Shown here piece by piece: positions 37,472 through 46,680 of a DNA stretch of 64,000 nt. The DNA lies in NCBI GenBank assembly GCA_044353905.1, contig JBILBA010000005.1:2699-66698 (forward strand), written 5' to 3'. The position numbers and the translations under genes are program-made. Below the pieces are notes generated by a model that ran no database searches, had not been told where the DNA came from, and saw only the letters and a list, made by a program, of their open reading frames with translations. The first letter of the stretch is position 1. Every line of letters starts with the position of its first letter. Source of the DNA: Microbacteriaceae bacterium. Lineage in GTDB: Bacteria > Actinomycetota > Actinomycetes > Actinomycetales > Microbacteriaceae.

Positions 37472-38122
37472 ATGGTAAACGCCCTTGGACTGTTTGACCC
37501 TGCCGCTCTCATCGAAAGCGCGGGGAACTGGGGGCTTCTCATTGTCGCCGCGATCGTGTTCATCGAGACGGGGCTCCTGATTGGATTCATGCTCCCCGGC
37601 GACACGCTGTTGCTCATCACCGGGGTTCTGACCTTCACGGGGATGATTCCGCAACCCATTTGGTTGGTCTCCGCCGTGATTTTCGTCGCCTCGATTCTCG
37701 GTAACCAATTGGGCTACCAAATCGGACTCATCGGCGGTCCCGCAGTGTTCACGCGCCAAGAGGGCGGCCTGTTGTCGCACAAAAGCGTCGAGCGCACCGA
37801 ACAGTTCTTCCAGCGCTGGGGGCCCTTGTCCCTGACTATCGGGCAGTACGTTCCGATTGTCCGAACCCTGCTGCCGGTCGCCGCGGGAATCGGCAAAATG
37901 AATCGCCTCACCTTTTCGCTCTACAACGCCCTTGGCGCGTTTCTCTGGGCAGGGTTGCTCCCCATCGTCGGGTGGGGCATCGCGCACATTCCCGGCGTTT
38001 CGGAAATCGTAATCGAATACATCGACCTCGTACTCCTCGGCGTCATTGCGGTGAGCGTGCTCTCGATCGGCATCCACTGGTGGCGCGAACGACGCGAAAT
38101 TCGCGACGAAGAAGTGGCCTAA
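37472..38122 (+). CDS. DedA/VTT-domain family membrane protein
   Basis: Trimmed to ATG 37472 (GAGAGGA RBS), because the longer ORF would overlap the tRNA. Contains IETGLLIGFMLPGDTLL and NALGAFLWA. Confidence 0.8.
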   Translation: MVNALGLFDPAALIESAGNWGLLIVAAIVFIETGLLIGFMLPGDTLLLITGVLTFTGMIPQPIWLVSAVIFVASILGNQLGYQIGLIGGPAVFTRQEGGLLSHKSVERTEQFFQRWGPLSLTIGQYVPIVRTLLPVAAGIGKMNRLTFSLYNALGAFLWAGLLPIVGWGIAHIPGVSEIVIEYIDLVLLGVIAVSVLSIGIHWWRERREIRDEEVA

Positions 38123-38123
38123 C

Positions 38124-39386
38124 TCACACGCCGAGAATGAGGGCGACAAGACCGCTGTTGATGATAATCACCAGAGCGGTCGCAACGCCCGCGAGGCCGC
38201 GGACGACTCCGTGTGAGCGATATTCGCCCATGATTTTCTTGTCCCCCGTCACGATGATGAGGGGAATCAGAGCAAAGGGGATTCCCCAACTGAGAATGAC
38301 CTGCGAATAGATCAGCGCCGCCGTGGGCTCGATACCGATCATCAGGATGATGATTGCGGGAACCACGGTGATGCCGCGTCGGACTATCGGGGGAATTCGT
38401 CGGCGGATCAGGCCGTGCATGATTTCCGCGCCGGCATACGCGCCAACAGCTGTCGATGCCAGAGAAGACGCGAGCAGTGCCACGGCGAACGAGGTCGCCA
38501 TGAGCGAGCCGGAAGCCGCCGCAATCGCGATGAACGCGCCGTCCAGGGTGTCCGTACCCGGCTGCCCATTGAGCACCACCGCGCCAATCACAAGTAGTGC
38601 GATGTTCACGGCACCAGCGAGGACCAGCGCGAGAGTCACATCCACCCGGGTTGCGACCCGAAGCCGGCGAATCGGAACCGTCGACAACGGGTTGATTCGA
38701 TCACGCGAAAACCCGGAGTGTGCATAGATCGCGTGCGGCATCACGGTCGCCCCGAGTATCGCGGCTGCGAGGATCAGCGATTCGTAGCCCTCGAGTCGAG
38801 GGAAAAGACCCGACGCGAACGCCGTTGCATCAATCGGTTGACCCCAGAGGATGGCTCCGAATCCGACCGCGATGATGAGCAAAAAGAAAACGATGAGCCG
38901 CTCGAACGGCTTTGCGCCCCACCGTCCGTGAACGCCGAGAAATGCGACACCCGACACTCCAACAATCAACCCACCCAGCCACAGGGGTATTCCCCACAAG
39001 AGGTGCAACGCGATTGCACCGCCGATGACTTCGGCGACGTCCGTTGCCATGGCAATCAGTTCACCCTGAGCCCAGTAGCCGAGCCTCCAACCGCGAGACG
39101 TGATGCGAGTGCCCAAAACCTCGGGAAGACTCTTGCCAGTGACTATTCCTAGGCTCGCCGAGAGGTACTGCACCAGCCACGCAATGAGATTGCCCGCGAC
39201 GACGACCCAGGCGAGAAGAAAACCTAACTGAGCTCCGGCCGTGATGTTTGCTGCGACGTTTCCGGGGTCCAAATACGCGACACCCGCGACGAACGCGGGG
39301 CCCAACAACGACACGATCGCGACACGGCTCGACACTGTGTGCTCGCTAACTCGACGACTGGAAATATCTATTGAGCGCAGGAGCAA
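38124..39386 (-). CDS. mntH: Nramp family divalent metal (Mn2+/Fe2+) transporter
   Basis: 420 aa. Contains LLGPAFVAGVAYLDPGNVAANI and GATVMPHAIYAHS. Start is uncertain: the TTG at 39386 overlaps rdgB, and GTG 39333-39335 is an alternative. Confidence 0.85.
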   Translation of the reverse strand: MLLRSIDISSRRVSEHTVSSRVAIVSLLGPAFVAGVAYLDPGNVAANITAGAQLGFLLAWVVVAGNLIAWLVQYLSASLGIVTGKSLPEVLGTRITSRGWRLGYWAQGELIAMATDVAEVIGGAIALHLLWGIPLWLGGLIVGVSGVAFLGVHGRWGAKPFERLIVFFLLIIAVGFGAILWGQPIDATAFASGLFPRLEGYESLILAAAILGATVMPHAIYAHSGFSRDRINPLSTVPIRRLRVATRVDVTLALVLAGAVNIALLVIGAVVLNGQPGTDTLDGAFIAIAAASGSLMATSFAVALLASSLASTAVGAYAGAEIMHGLIRRRIPPIVRRGITVVPAIIILMIGIEPTAALIYSQVILSWGIPFALIPLIIVTGDKKIMGEYRSHGVVRGLAGVATALVIIINSGLVALILGV

Positions 39387-39936
39387 TGAGTCCCAATGCT
39401 CGACCTCGGTGACTCAGTGCCGCCTTTTCCAGAGCCGACATTTCGGCGGCGGTTCCGGTCATTCCGGTCGGTGCAAAAATCGGGTCGTAACCGAATCCGT
39501 TGCTCCCCTTCGCTGCTGCGCGAAGCACGCCTGGCCACTCTGCTCGAACAACGCGCTCTCCGTCCTTCGAGACAAAAGCGACCGCACAGACAAACTGTGC
39601 GGCTCGATTCTTGACGCCCTTCATTTTCTCGAGAAGGAGCGCGAGGTTTGCGGCGTCGGTTCCGGCGTCGGAAAAACGAGACGAACGAATCCCCGGAGCA
39701 CCATCGAGTGCTTCGACGCATATCCCGGAATCGTCGGCAAGCGACGGACGACCGGAGTGGCGGAATGCAGCGCGCGCTTTGATTAGGGCGTTTTCCTCGA
39801 AAGTCGCGCCGTCCTCAGCCGGTGCCTTGCCGTCCGTCTGGACGAGTTCAATACCCGGGCCGAGCAGCGCCTTCAGGGTCAGATCAATCTCGGCCAGTTT
39901 GTGCGAATTGTGGGTAGCAACAACGACTGTTCTCAC
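39346..39936 (-). CDS. rdgB: non-canonical purine NTP pyrophosphatase (dITP/XTP)
   Basis: 196 aa. Contains [38 protein letters not shown] and FGYDPIF. Confidence 0.88.
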   Translation of the reverse strand: MRTVVVATHNSHKLAEIDLTLKALLGPGIELVQTDGKAPAEDGATFEENALIKARAAFRHSGRPSLADDSGICVEALDGAPGIRSSRFSDAGTDAANLALLLEKMKGVKNRAAQFVCAVAFVSKDGERVVRAEWPGVLRAAAKGSNGFGYDPIFAPTGMTGTAAEMSALEKAALSHRGRALGLIAPALNRYFQSSS

Positions 39937-40667
39937 GAGTTCGACACCGCCACGGTGGCCGCCTGAATTTCAGTCAAACGAGCTGTTCCGTTGATCGCCA
40001 GCGTCAGGAGAGCGTCCAGTTCGGACTTGTCGAACGGTGCACCTTCCGCAGTCCCCTGAACCTCGACGAACAAGCCTCGACCCGTCGCCACAACGTTCAT
40101 GTCCGTTTCGGCTCGGACGTCCTCGGTGTATTGCAGATCCAGCATGGGTGTTCCGTCAATGATTCCGACACTGATTGCGGCAACCGAGTCAATCAACGCG
40201 GTGGCGTTCTTGCCGATAAAGCCCTTGGCGCGGCCCCACTCGATCGCGTCGTGCAGGGCGATGTAGGCGCCGGTGACGGCCGCGGTGCGCGTTCCCCCGT
40301 CCGCCTGCAGCACGTCACAATCGATAACGATGGTGTTTTCGCCGAGCGCCTTCATGTCCACGACAGCGCGAAGGCTTCGTCCGATCAGTCGCGAAATCTC
40401 GTGAGTGCGTCCGCCGATTCGGCCCTTGACGCTCTCGCGGTCGTTGCGTTCGTTCGTGGAGCGAGGCAACATCGCGTATTCCGCGGTCACCCACCCCTTA
40501 CCTTTGCCGGCCATCCAGCGGGGAACGCCATTGGTGAATGATGCCGTGCAGAGGACCTTGGTGTTCCCGAACGAGATGAGAGCACTGCCTTCGGCCTGAG
40601 CGGACCACCCGCGTTCGATTGTCACGGGTCGAAGTTCGTCGTTGGTGCGTCCGTCGATGCGAGTCAT
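39933..40667 (-). CDS. rph: ribonuclease PH
   Basis: 244 aa. Contains [39 protein letters not shown] and [13 protein letters not shown]. Confidence 0.93.
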   Translation of the reverse strand: MTRIDGRTNDELRPVTIERGWSAQAEGSALISFGNTKVLCTASFTNGVPRWMAGKGKGWVTAEYAMLPRSTNERNDRESVKGRIGGRTHEISRLIGRSLRAVVDMKALGENTIVIDCDVLQADGGTRTAAVTGAYIALHDAIEWGRAKGFIGKNATALIDSVAAISVGIIDGTPMLDLQYTEDVRAETDMNVVATGRGLFVEVQGTAEGAPFDKSELDALLTLAINGTARLTEIQAATVAVSNS

Positions 40668-41524
40668 GAGTCAGTGTTCTCCAGTTCGATTCGTGTGGGA
40701 AGAGTGATTGCGCCGGTCGGGAAGGCGTCAACCCGATCGATCTCGAGACCGAGGAATCGGTGAGCCAACTCACGGAATCGTTCTCGGTCGCCCCCCGTCG
40801 TCTCGAACGAGTGAACCGACGGGGTGGTTGATGTGCGCAGCAGATCGTGGGTGAGAAGAGTTTGGTATACCTCGTAGGCCGTCGCGTCGTCACTCGAGAC
40901 AAGCGAGACATCCGGTCCCATGACGTACTGAATCGCAGCCGAAATCAAGGGATAGTGAGTGCACCCGAGGACGAGCGTGTCCACCTTGGCGTCCTTGAGG
41001 GGAGCCAGGTACTCATTGGCAACAGCAAACAGTTCATCACCGCTCGTCACTCCCGCCTCGACGAATTCGACGAATCGTGGGCAGGCAACAGCCGTGACCT
41101 CGATTCCGGGGTCCGCGACGAACGAGTCCTGATACGCACCCGATTTGATGGTGCCCTCTGTGCCGATGACGCCAATGCGTTTCGATCGAGTACGTGCCAC
41201 CGCCGTTCGAACAGCTGGCTGAATCACTTCAATCACGGGAATCCCGAGACGGTCGGTGTATCGCTCTTTCGCATCGCGGAACATTGCGGCGGACGCGGTG
41301 TTGCAGGCGATGACCAGCAGTTTCACGCCCTGATCCGCGAGTTCGTCGAGAAGCCCAAGCGCGTGCTCACGAACCTCGGCGATGGGCAGTGGGCCGTATG
41401 GTCCGTGCGCCGTGTCGCCGATGTATCGGATTGATTCGTTCGGCAATTGATCGATGACTGCTCGTGCAACGGTCAAACCGCCGACACCACTGTCGACAAT
41501 TCCGATGCTCGCGTCCCGATTCAT
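40664..41524 (-). CDS. murI: glutamate racemase
   Basis: 286 aa. Contains [17 protein letters not shown] and LGCTHYP. Confidence 0.92.
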   Translation of the reverse strand: MNRDASIGIVDSGVGGLTVARAVIDQLPNESIRYIGDTAHGPYGPLPIAEVREHALGLLDELADQGVKLLVIACNTASAAMFRDAKERYTDRLGIPVIEVIQPAVRTAVARTRSKRIGVIGTEGTIKSGAYQDSFVADPGIEVTAVACPRFVEFVEAGVTSGDELFAVANEYLAPLKDAKVDTLVLGCTHYPLISAAIQYVMGPDVSLVSSDDATAYEVYQTLLTHDLLRTSTTPSVHSFETTGGDRERFRELAHRFLGLEIDRVDAFPTGAITLPTRIELENTDS

Positions 41525-41542
41525 CTTTTTAGCCTACTAACG

Positions 41543-42841
41543 TCAGCAGAAGACTGTCGGGATAGCGGGGTCGCCTGGCGACAATCGACGGCCCGCCTCC
41601 GGAAGTTCCGCCAATGCGATGGCGTGGTGTTCGCGCGCGCGACTGACACCATTGGCTCCGCGATATTCGTCTCGAATGGCTCCGTTGGTGATGAACGCGT
41701 GAATCAGTTCACGACCCTTCTCGGCCCGCGAGTCCTTCGGTCCGAGGTCGACCAATTCTTCTGTGGCAATCCCGTCGACGAGTCGGCGATGCGCGACCTT
41801 GCGTCCGGCGGGATCCTGCTTCTCGGGTGATTGCTTTGAGACAGCAACCCAGTCGCCCTCATTGTTTTGGTGTTCGACAAGTTTGTAGACCATTCCGGCG
41901 GCCGGCGCTCCGGAACCCGTGACGACCGCAGTACCGACGCCGAACACGTCGACCGGTGCGCCTCGAAGTGACGCAATGGTGTTCTCGTTCAGATCGTTGG
42001 TCACGACGATTTGTGTTCCCGTTGCGCCAAGAGAGTCAAGTTGTGCGCGAACGCTCCGCACCAACGACGGCAAATCGCCGGAATCGATGCGGACGGCACC
42101 GAGTTCCGGGCCGGCAACACGAATCGCCGTTTCAACGGCACTCGGAATATCGAACGTGTCAATCAGCAGCGTGGTGTCGGTCCCAAACGCTTCGACCTGC
42201 GCGCGAAACGCTTCCTCTTCCGTGTCGTGCAGCAACGTGAAGGAGTGCGCCGACGTTCCGCGGGTGGGAATTCCCCACGTGCGACCTGCTTCGAGGTTCG
42301 ATGTCGCCGAGAAACCAGCGATGAACGCGGCGCGAGCAGCTGCGACACCACTGCCCTCCGACGTTCGGCGCGAGCCCATCTCGATCAGCGGTTTTCCGTC
42401 GGCCGCCGTCACCATTCGCGACGCCGCCGTGGCAACGGCGCTGTCGTAATTGAGAATGGACAACACGATGGTCTCGAGAATCACCGCTTCGGCGAACGTG
42501 CCTTCGACTTCGAGTACAGGTGAGCCAGGGAAAAACAGTTCACCCTCGTGATAACCCCGGATGTCCCCCGAGAAGCGATAGGTCGACAGATAGTCGAGGG
42601 CCTCGGCCGACACGACCTTTTCCGACGTGAGCCAAGCCAATATGTCGTCGTCGAACCGGAATGACTCAACCGCATCGAGCAGGCGTCCTACTCCCGCGAA
42701 CACGCCATAACGACGGCCGGCGTGAAGGCGACGCGAAAACACCTCGAACACGCACCGACGTTCTGCACGACCCTCGCGCAGGGCGGCGTCAATCATGGTC
42801 AGTTCGTATCGGTCGGTAAACAGCGCGGTCGATTCCGCCAT
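41543..42841 (-). CDS. pncB: nicotinate phosphoribosyltransferase
   Basis: Trimmed to ATG 42839-42841 (MAESTALFTDRYELTM), which removes the overlap with the DUF3039 gene. Contains GTSAHSF and IDTFD. Confidence 0.85.
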   Translation of the reverse strand: MAESTALFTDRYELTMIDAALREGRAERRCVFEVFSRRLHAGRRYGVFAGVGRLLDAVESFRFDDDILAWLTSEKVVSAEALDYLSTYRFSGDIRGYHEGELFFPGSPVLEVEGTFAEAVILETIVLSILNYDSAVATAASRMVTAADGKPLIEMGSRRTSEGSGVAAARAAFIAGFSATSNLEAGRTWGIPTRGTSAHSFTLLHDTEEEAFRAQVEAFGTDTTLLIDTFDIPSAVETAIRVAGPELGAVRIDSGDLPSLVRSVRAQLDSLGATGTQIVVTNDLNENTIASLRGAPVDVFGVGTAVVTGSGAPAAGMVYKLVEHQNNEGDWVAVSKQSPEKQDPAGRKVAHRRLVDGIATEELVDLGPKDSRAEKGRELIHAFITNGAIRDEYRGANGVSRAREHHAIALAELPEAGRRLSPGDPAIPTVFC

Positions 42842-42846
42842 AACGG

Positions 42847-43110
42847 CTACTCGTCTCGCAATCGCTCGTAGATCTCTTTGCAGGTCGGACAAATCGGAAA
42901 ACGATCCGGATTCGAGTTCGGAAGCCATTTCTTGCCGCACAGTGCGCGAACGGGTTTTCCCGTCACCGCGGACTCGACGATTTTGTCCTTTTGGACATAA
43001 TGCGAGAACTTGTCGTGGTCACCGTCGTCCGTGACGTCGTTCTCGAGGAGTTCCTCGAGTTCGCGGTCGAGCACGTCAGACGAGCCGGGGGAATCGCTCT
43101 CGGAGGTCAT
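42847..43110 (-). CDS. DUF3039 domain protein
   Basis: Trimmed to ATG 43108-43110. 87 aa. Contains DHDKFSHYV...ALCGKKW.P...P...PICPTCKEIYE. Confidence 0.75.
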   Translation of the reverse strand: MTSESDSPGSSDVLDRELEELLENDVTDDGDHDKFSHYVQKDKIVESAVTGKPVRALCGKKWLPNSNPDRFPICPTCKEIYERLRDE

Positions 43111-43132
43111 GCGAATAGTGTACGCGCGACCG

Positions 43133-44362
43133 CTACTCGAGTGAACCCACCGTGACCGAACCTTCACGCGACACCCCGCCGCGCACGAAGGTGAATGTGG
43201 CGACATCCCCCGGGCGAAGCGAGCGGACCTGCGCGGTGATGTCAACCTCGTCACGGATTGGTACGCCGTTGAACGTCGTGACAACGTCACCTTCTCGCAT
43301 CCCGGCTGCCTCGGCCGGTGAGCCCGGATCGACTCCACGGATGGTGGCCCCAATCACACCGCTCGAGGTGGCCACGGCGCTGACCATCGCTCCGATTCGA
43401 CCGTGTTCAGCCGAGCCGAACTCGATGAGGTCCGATGCGACTCGTTTCGCTAGCGTCGCTGGAAGTGCGAATCCAACTCCGATCGAACCCGACGACGATC
43501 CACTGCTCGCGATCGCGACGTTGATTCCGACGAGCTCGCCCCGAGTGTTGAGAAGAGCTCCGCCGGAATTTCCGGGATTGATCGACGCATCGGTTTGGAT
43601 GACGGGCAAGGAAAGGTCTTGCGCAAGAGCGGACTGCTCGCTCCCTGGCAGGTCGAAGTTGAACCCGTTGCCATTGTTCGAAATGGTGATCGATCGGTTG
43701 AGTGCTGAGACGACACCGTCCGTGACCGTGTTCTGAAGTCCGAGGGGCGCACCGATAGCGATGACCTCGCTGCCCACAGTGATCGAATCGGCTTCGCCGA
43801 AGACAACGGGAACGAGCCCGGTCGCGTCGATCTTGATGACCGCGATGTCGAGAATCGGGTCGGTACCGACGATAGTCGCCGGGAACAACCGGCCGTCGCT
43901 CAGTGTCACGCGAATCGACGGGTCTTTCTCAGCACCTCCGAGTGTGACCACGTGGCTGTTGGTGATGATGTAACCGTTCTCGGAATAGATGACTCCGGAA
44001 CCAGATCCGGCCGCAGACTCCCCCGACGCTTCGATTGTCACGACGGACGGCAATGCTTTCGCGGCGACGGCGGTTGCAAACCCGGTCGGCGACGATCCGT
44101 TGATGGTGACGACTTGTGGCTGCACGACGGTTCGATAGGTCTCTCCGGTCAGGCCGGTGATGGCAACACCCGCACCGCCTCCGATCAAACCGGCGATGAC
44201 CGCAATTCCGGCGGCTGTCTTGACCGGCATGTCACCCACAAGGAAGGGTCGGCGCGGTTCGCGAATCGACTCCTGCTCGGGGGCGGGCGGCGCTTCGACG
44301 ACGACAGGTTTGCGAACGCGCGGTGCGCGGGGCTTGGGTGTGGGGACGTTCTCGTTTTCCAT
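43133..44362 (-). CDS. HtrA/DegP-like trypsin-family serine protease with PDZ domain
   Basis: 409 aa. Basic/Pro-rich N-terminus, one TM, catalytic His (ITNSHVV) and Ser (NPGNSGGALL), and a C-terminal PDZ domain. Confidence 0.85.
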   Translation of the reverse strand: MENENVPTPKPRAPRVRKPVVVEAPPAPEQESIREPRRPFLVGDMPVKTAAGIAVIAGLIGGGAGVAITGLTGETYRTVVQPQVVTINGSSPTGFATAVAAKALPSVVTIEASGESAAGSGSGVIYSENGYIITNSHVVTLGGAEKDPSIRVTLSDGRLFPATIVGTDPILDIAVIKIDATGLVPVVFGEADSITVGSEVIAIGAPLGLQNTVTDGVVSALNRSITISNNGNGFNFDLPGSEQSALAQDLSLPVIQTDASINPGNSGGALLNTRGELVGINVAIASSGSSSGSIGVGFALPATLAKRVASDLIEFGSAEHGRIGAMVSAVATSSGVIGATIRGVDPGSPAEAAGMREGDVVTTFNGVPIRDEVDITAQVRSLRPGDVATFTFVRGGVSREGSVTVGSLE

Positions 44363-44423
44363 ACTCCCAAGAATGGACGATTTTCCTAAGAATTTCCCAA
44401 AGTTACCTGTGTGTTTCCTTGAT

Positions 44424-45194
44424 TCATTCCGCGGGGCATCCGAACGCCCCGCGCTTACACGGTCGGTCGACGAGCACCGTGTCGGCGGTGAAAATGCTGA
44501 GAGTGAGTTCGTTCGCCCGAGCCATCACCAATCCCGAAAGCGGCCGCCAGTCCTGGGAGCCGAATCGAAACTCCGCCGAATACCAAACGGAGAGTCGAAC
44601 TCGAACGATCCCTAACTCGTCGTAGGCGTGACTCGTCGGTGTTCTGGTCCACGGTGACTGTCCGAGTTGACGCCAGGTTGCTCCCTGGCGATCGCTCGTC
44701 TGCCGAGATCCGTCCCCAAAGTAGCGCCGAAACAAGACCGGAGAGAATCGGACATCGGCGGGATTGTCCAGCAACCTGCCCGAGACGATATGGGTGTGTG
44801 CGGTCGACCAGAAGTTCGTCGGCACGCGTCGGAGCGACCAGCCGCCCGGCTCGACGAACTGTTGCGGGGTGATCGGCCGAAACGATTGGAGGTCGCTCAC
44901 GGTCGTCGGGCCGACCCCGCCCTTCGGAGGCGACGACCCCACGCACTGGCCGTTGACGACAACCGGACATTCGTCTGGACCATCCGAGTCGGTGTCACCT
45001 GATGAGCCCCCCGAAGTCGAATCACCCCACAGGTCCACGCCGGTGTCGGTTGTGCCGCCGCCAACCGAACACGACCCCGCGGCGATCTGCGCAGCGGTGC
45101 ACGAGACAGCAACCGCGTGGGGCGCGATCGTGGCCGTTACCGCGGCAACAATCAGAGCGACGACGAGACGGCGCACCAGGTCGAGTCCTCCCAC
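44424..45194 (-). CDS. secreted hypothetical protein (Cys-rich, Gly/Ser/Asp-rich linker)
   Basis: 256 aa. Signal-peptide-like N-terminus and paired cysteines at both ends. No family recognised. Confidence 0.5.
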   Translation of the reverse strand: MGGLDLVRRLVVALIVAAVTATIAPHAVAVSCTAAQIAAGSCSVGGGTTDTGVDLWGDSTSGGSSGDTDSDGPDECPVVVNGQCVGSSPPKGGVGPTTVSDLQSFRPITPQQFVEPGGWSLRRVPTNFWSTAHTHIVSGRLLDNPADVRFSPVLFRRYFGDGSRQTSDRQGATWRQLGQSPWTRTPTSHAYDELGIVRVRLSVWYSAEFRFGSQDWRPLSGLVMARANELTLSIFTADTVLVDRPCKRGAFGCPAE

Positions 45195-45649
45195 GGGGAA
45201 ATCTCAGCGATGACAAGAGCGCCCTCGCGCGGCATCAAATGCACGGTCACGTGTGTCTGCGACGTGGCACCGCCAAGACATGCCGAAACGACGGCGTCGA
45301 CAACCGTGTGTCGTCCCCGCATCGCGGTGAGTTGCCAGCGAGTCATCGACACCGCCGCCGCCTTAACGCCCAAGACCGCGAGAGCAGCGAAACCGTTGGC
45401 TTCTTCGATGGCCCACTCGGGAGTCGCGAAATCGTTGATTGCCTCAACCGGGGCGTCTCCGGAAACGATTCGATTCGTGACGTCGATGTAGGCATCAAGC
45501 GTCGACCCGATCAGCGCCTCGGCATCGGAAACGAGAACACTGGCGTCCGCGACAGTCGGTGGTGCTGCCGACGGAGTCGTTTCGGGTGATGCACCCGACG
45601 CACAACCCGCAACGGCGACAGCGAAGACAATAATGAAAGCGACGCGCAT
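45152..45649 (-). CDS. lipoprotein of unknown function
   Basis: Trimmed to ATG 45647-45649 (MRVAFIIVFAVAVAGCASG, lipobox VAGC). Confidence 0.55.
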   Translation of the reverse strand: MRVAFIIVFAVAVAGCASGASPETTPSAAPPTVADASVLVSDAEALIGSTLDAYIDVTNRIVSGDAPVEAINDFATPEWAIEEANGFAALAVLGVKAAAVSMTRWQLTAMRGRHTVVDAVVSACLGGATSQTHVTVHLMPREGALVIAEISPWEDSTWCAVSSSL

Positions 45650-45697
45650 GCACCGAGGGTGCCACACCCTCGATGGGCGGGGGTGATTTATCCCCAA

Positions 45698-46486
45698 CTA
45701 GAGAGGCGTCACCCCGTAGCGACGGTTTCGAAGTGCGGGGTTCGATCGACGAGCAGCCAAAACCGCGTCGGGATCAAGCACGACATCCAAGACAATTTCG
45801 CCCGTGCTCGCCTCGATAATGACTTCCCCCAACGGGTCGATGACCATCGATTCGCCGATTCCAGACGACTCAGCGTGATTCGCCGCGACGACCCACGCGA
45901 CGTTCTCGATGGCGCGGGCCCGGAGGAGCGTTTGCCAGTGTTCGGATTTGTGCGACCCGGGAACCCAATCGGCGGGTACCGCAAGTACGGTTGCACCCGC
46001 ATCCACCAGCCGGCGAGACATCTCCGGGAATCGTAGGTCGTAACAGGTTTGAACACCGACCGCCCAGTCGTTCACGTCGACGATCAACGGAGACTCGGTG
46101 GGGTCTCCCGCCGTGACAACCGCCGATTCGAGTGCGCCGAAAGCATCGTACAAATGGACCTTGTCGTATCGCCCGATCACGCCGTTCGCATTCACCGCGA
46201 CGACGGTGTTGGTGATGGTGTCGCCGTTGGACACGAGGAGACCCGCGAGAATGGTCGCCGAAAGTTCTCGTGATTGTTCAACCACAAAAGTGACGAACGG
46301 TCCGTCGATTGGTTCTGCGCCGTCCTGCCAGTGCGCGGTGTCCTTGTGAAACCACGCGGAGTATTCGGGTAGAACAACGAGGTCCACGTCGTCGAGGTGC
46401 TCAAACGCTTCACGCAACACAGCTCGGTTGTCGGCGGCGTCGTCGGACGGCGAAAACTGAACCAACCCGACGTTGAGGTTATCCAT
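45698..46486 (-). CDS. carbon-nitrogen hydrolase (nitrilase superfamily) protein
   Basis: 262 aa. Glu-Lys-Cys triad context (VVLPEYS, YDKVHLYD, VQTCYDLRFPE). Confidence 0.8.
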   Translation of the reverse strand: MDNLNVGLVQFSPSDDAADNRAVLREAFEHLDDVDLVVLPEYSAWFHKDTAHWQDGAEPIDGPFVTFVVEQSRELSATILAGLLVSNGDTITNTVVAVNANGVIGRYDKVHLYDAFGALESAVVTAGDPTESPLIVDVNDWAVGVQTCYDLRFPEMSRRLVDAGATVLAVPADWVPGSHKSEHWQTLLRARAIENVAWVVAANHAESSGIGESMVIDPLGEVIIEASTGEIVLDVVLDPDAVLAARRSNPALRNRRYGVTPL

Positions 46487-46525
46487 GTAACGAGCCTATC
46501 GCCCAGCAATTTGCTGAAACGAAAA

Positions 46526-46549
46526 CGGTCCCGAACGAATTCGGGACCG
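46526..46549 (-). terminator. rho-independent terminator of initiator tRNA
   Basis: Minus strand: CGGTCCCGAA-TTCG-TTCGGGACCG followed by TTTTCGTTT. Confidence 0.7.
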
Positions 46550-46556
46550 TTTCTCT

Positions 46557-46633
46557 TGGTTGCGGGGGCAGGATTTGAACCTACGACCTCCGGGTTATGA
46601 GCCCGGCGAGCTACCGAACTGCTCCACCCCGCG
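46557..46633 (-). tRNA. initiator tRNA-Met (CAT)
   Basis: Minus strand: CGCGGGGTGGAGCAGTTCGGTAGCTCGCCGGGCTCATAACCCGGAGGTCGTAGGTTCAAATCCTGCCCCCGCAACCA. It has a C1:A72 mismatch and three G-C pairs closing the anticodon stem, both initiator hallmarks. CCA is encoded. Confidence 0.93.
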
Positions 46634-46680
46634 TCACAAGGGTCGAGTCTATCACGGGGCAATTGCCCCACGAAATCGGG

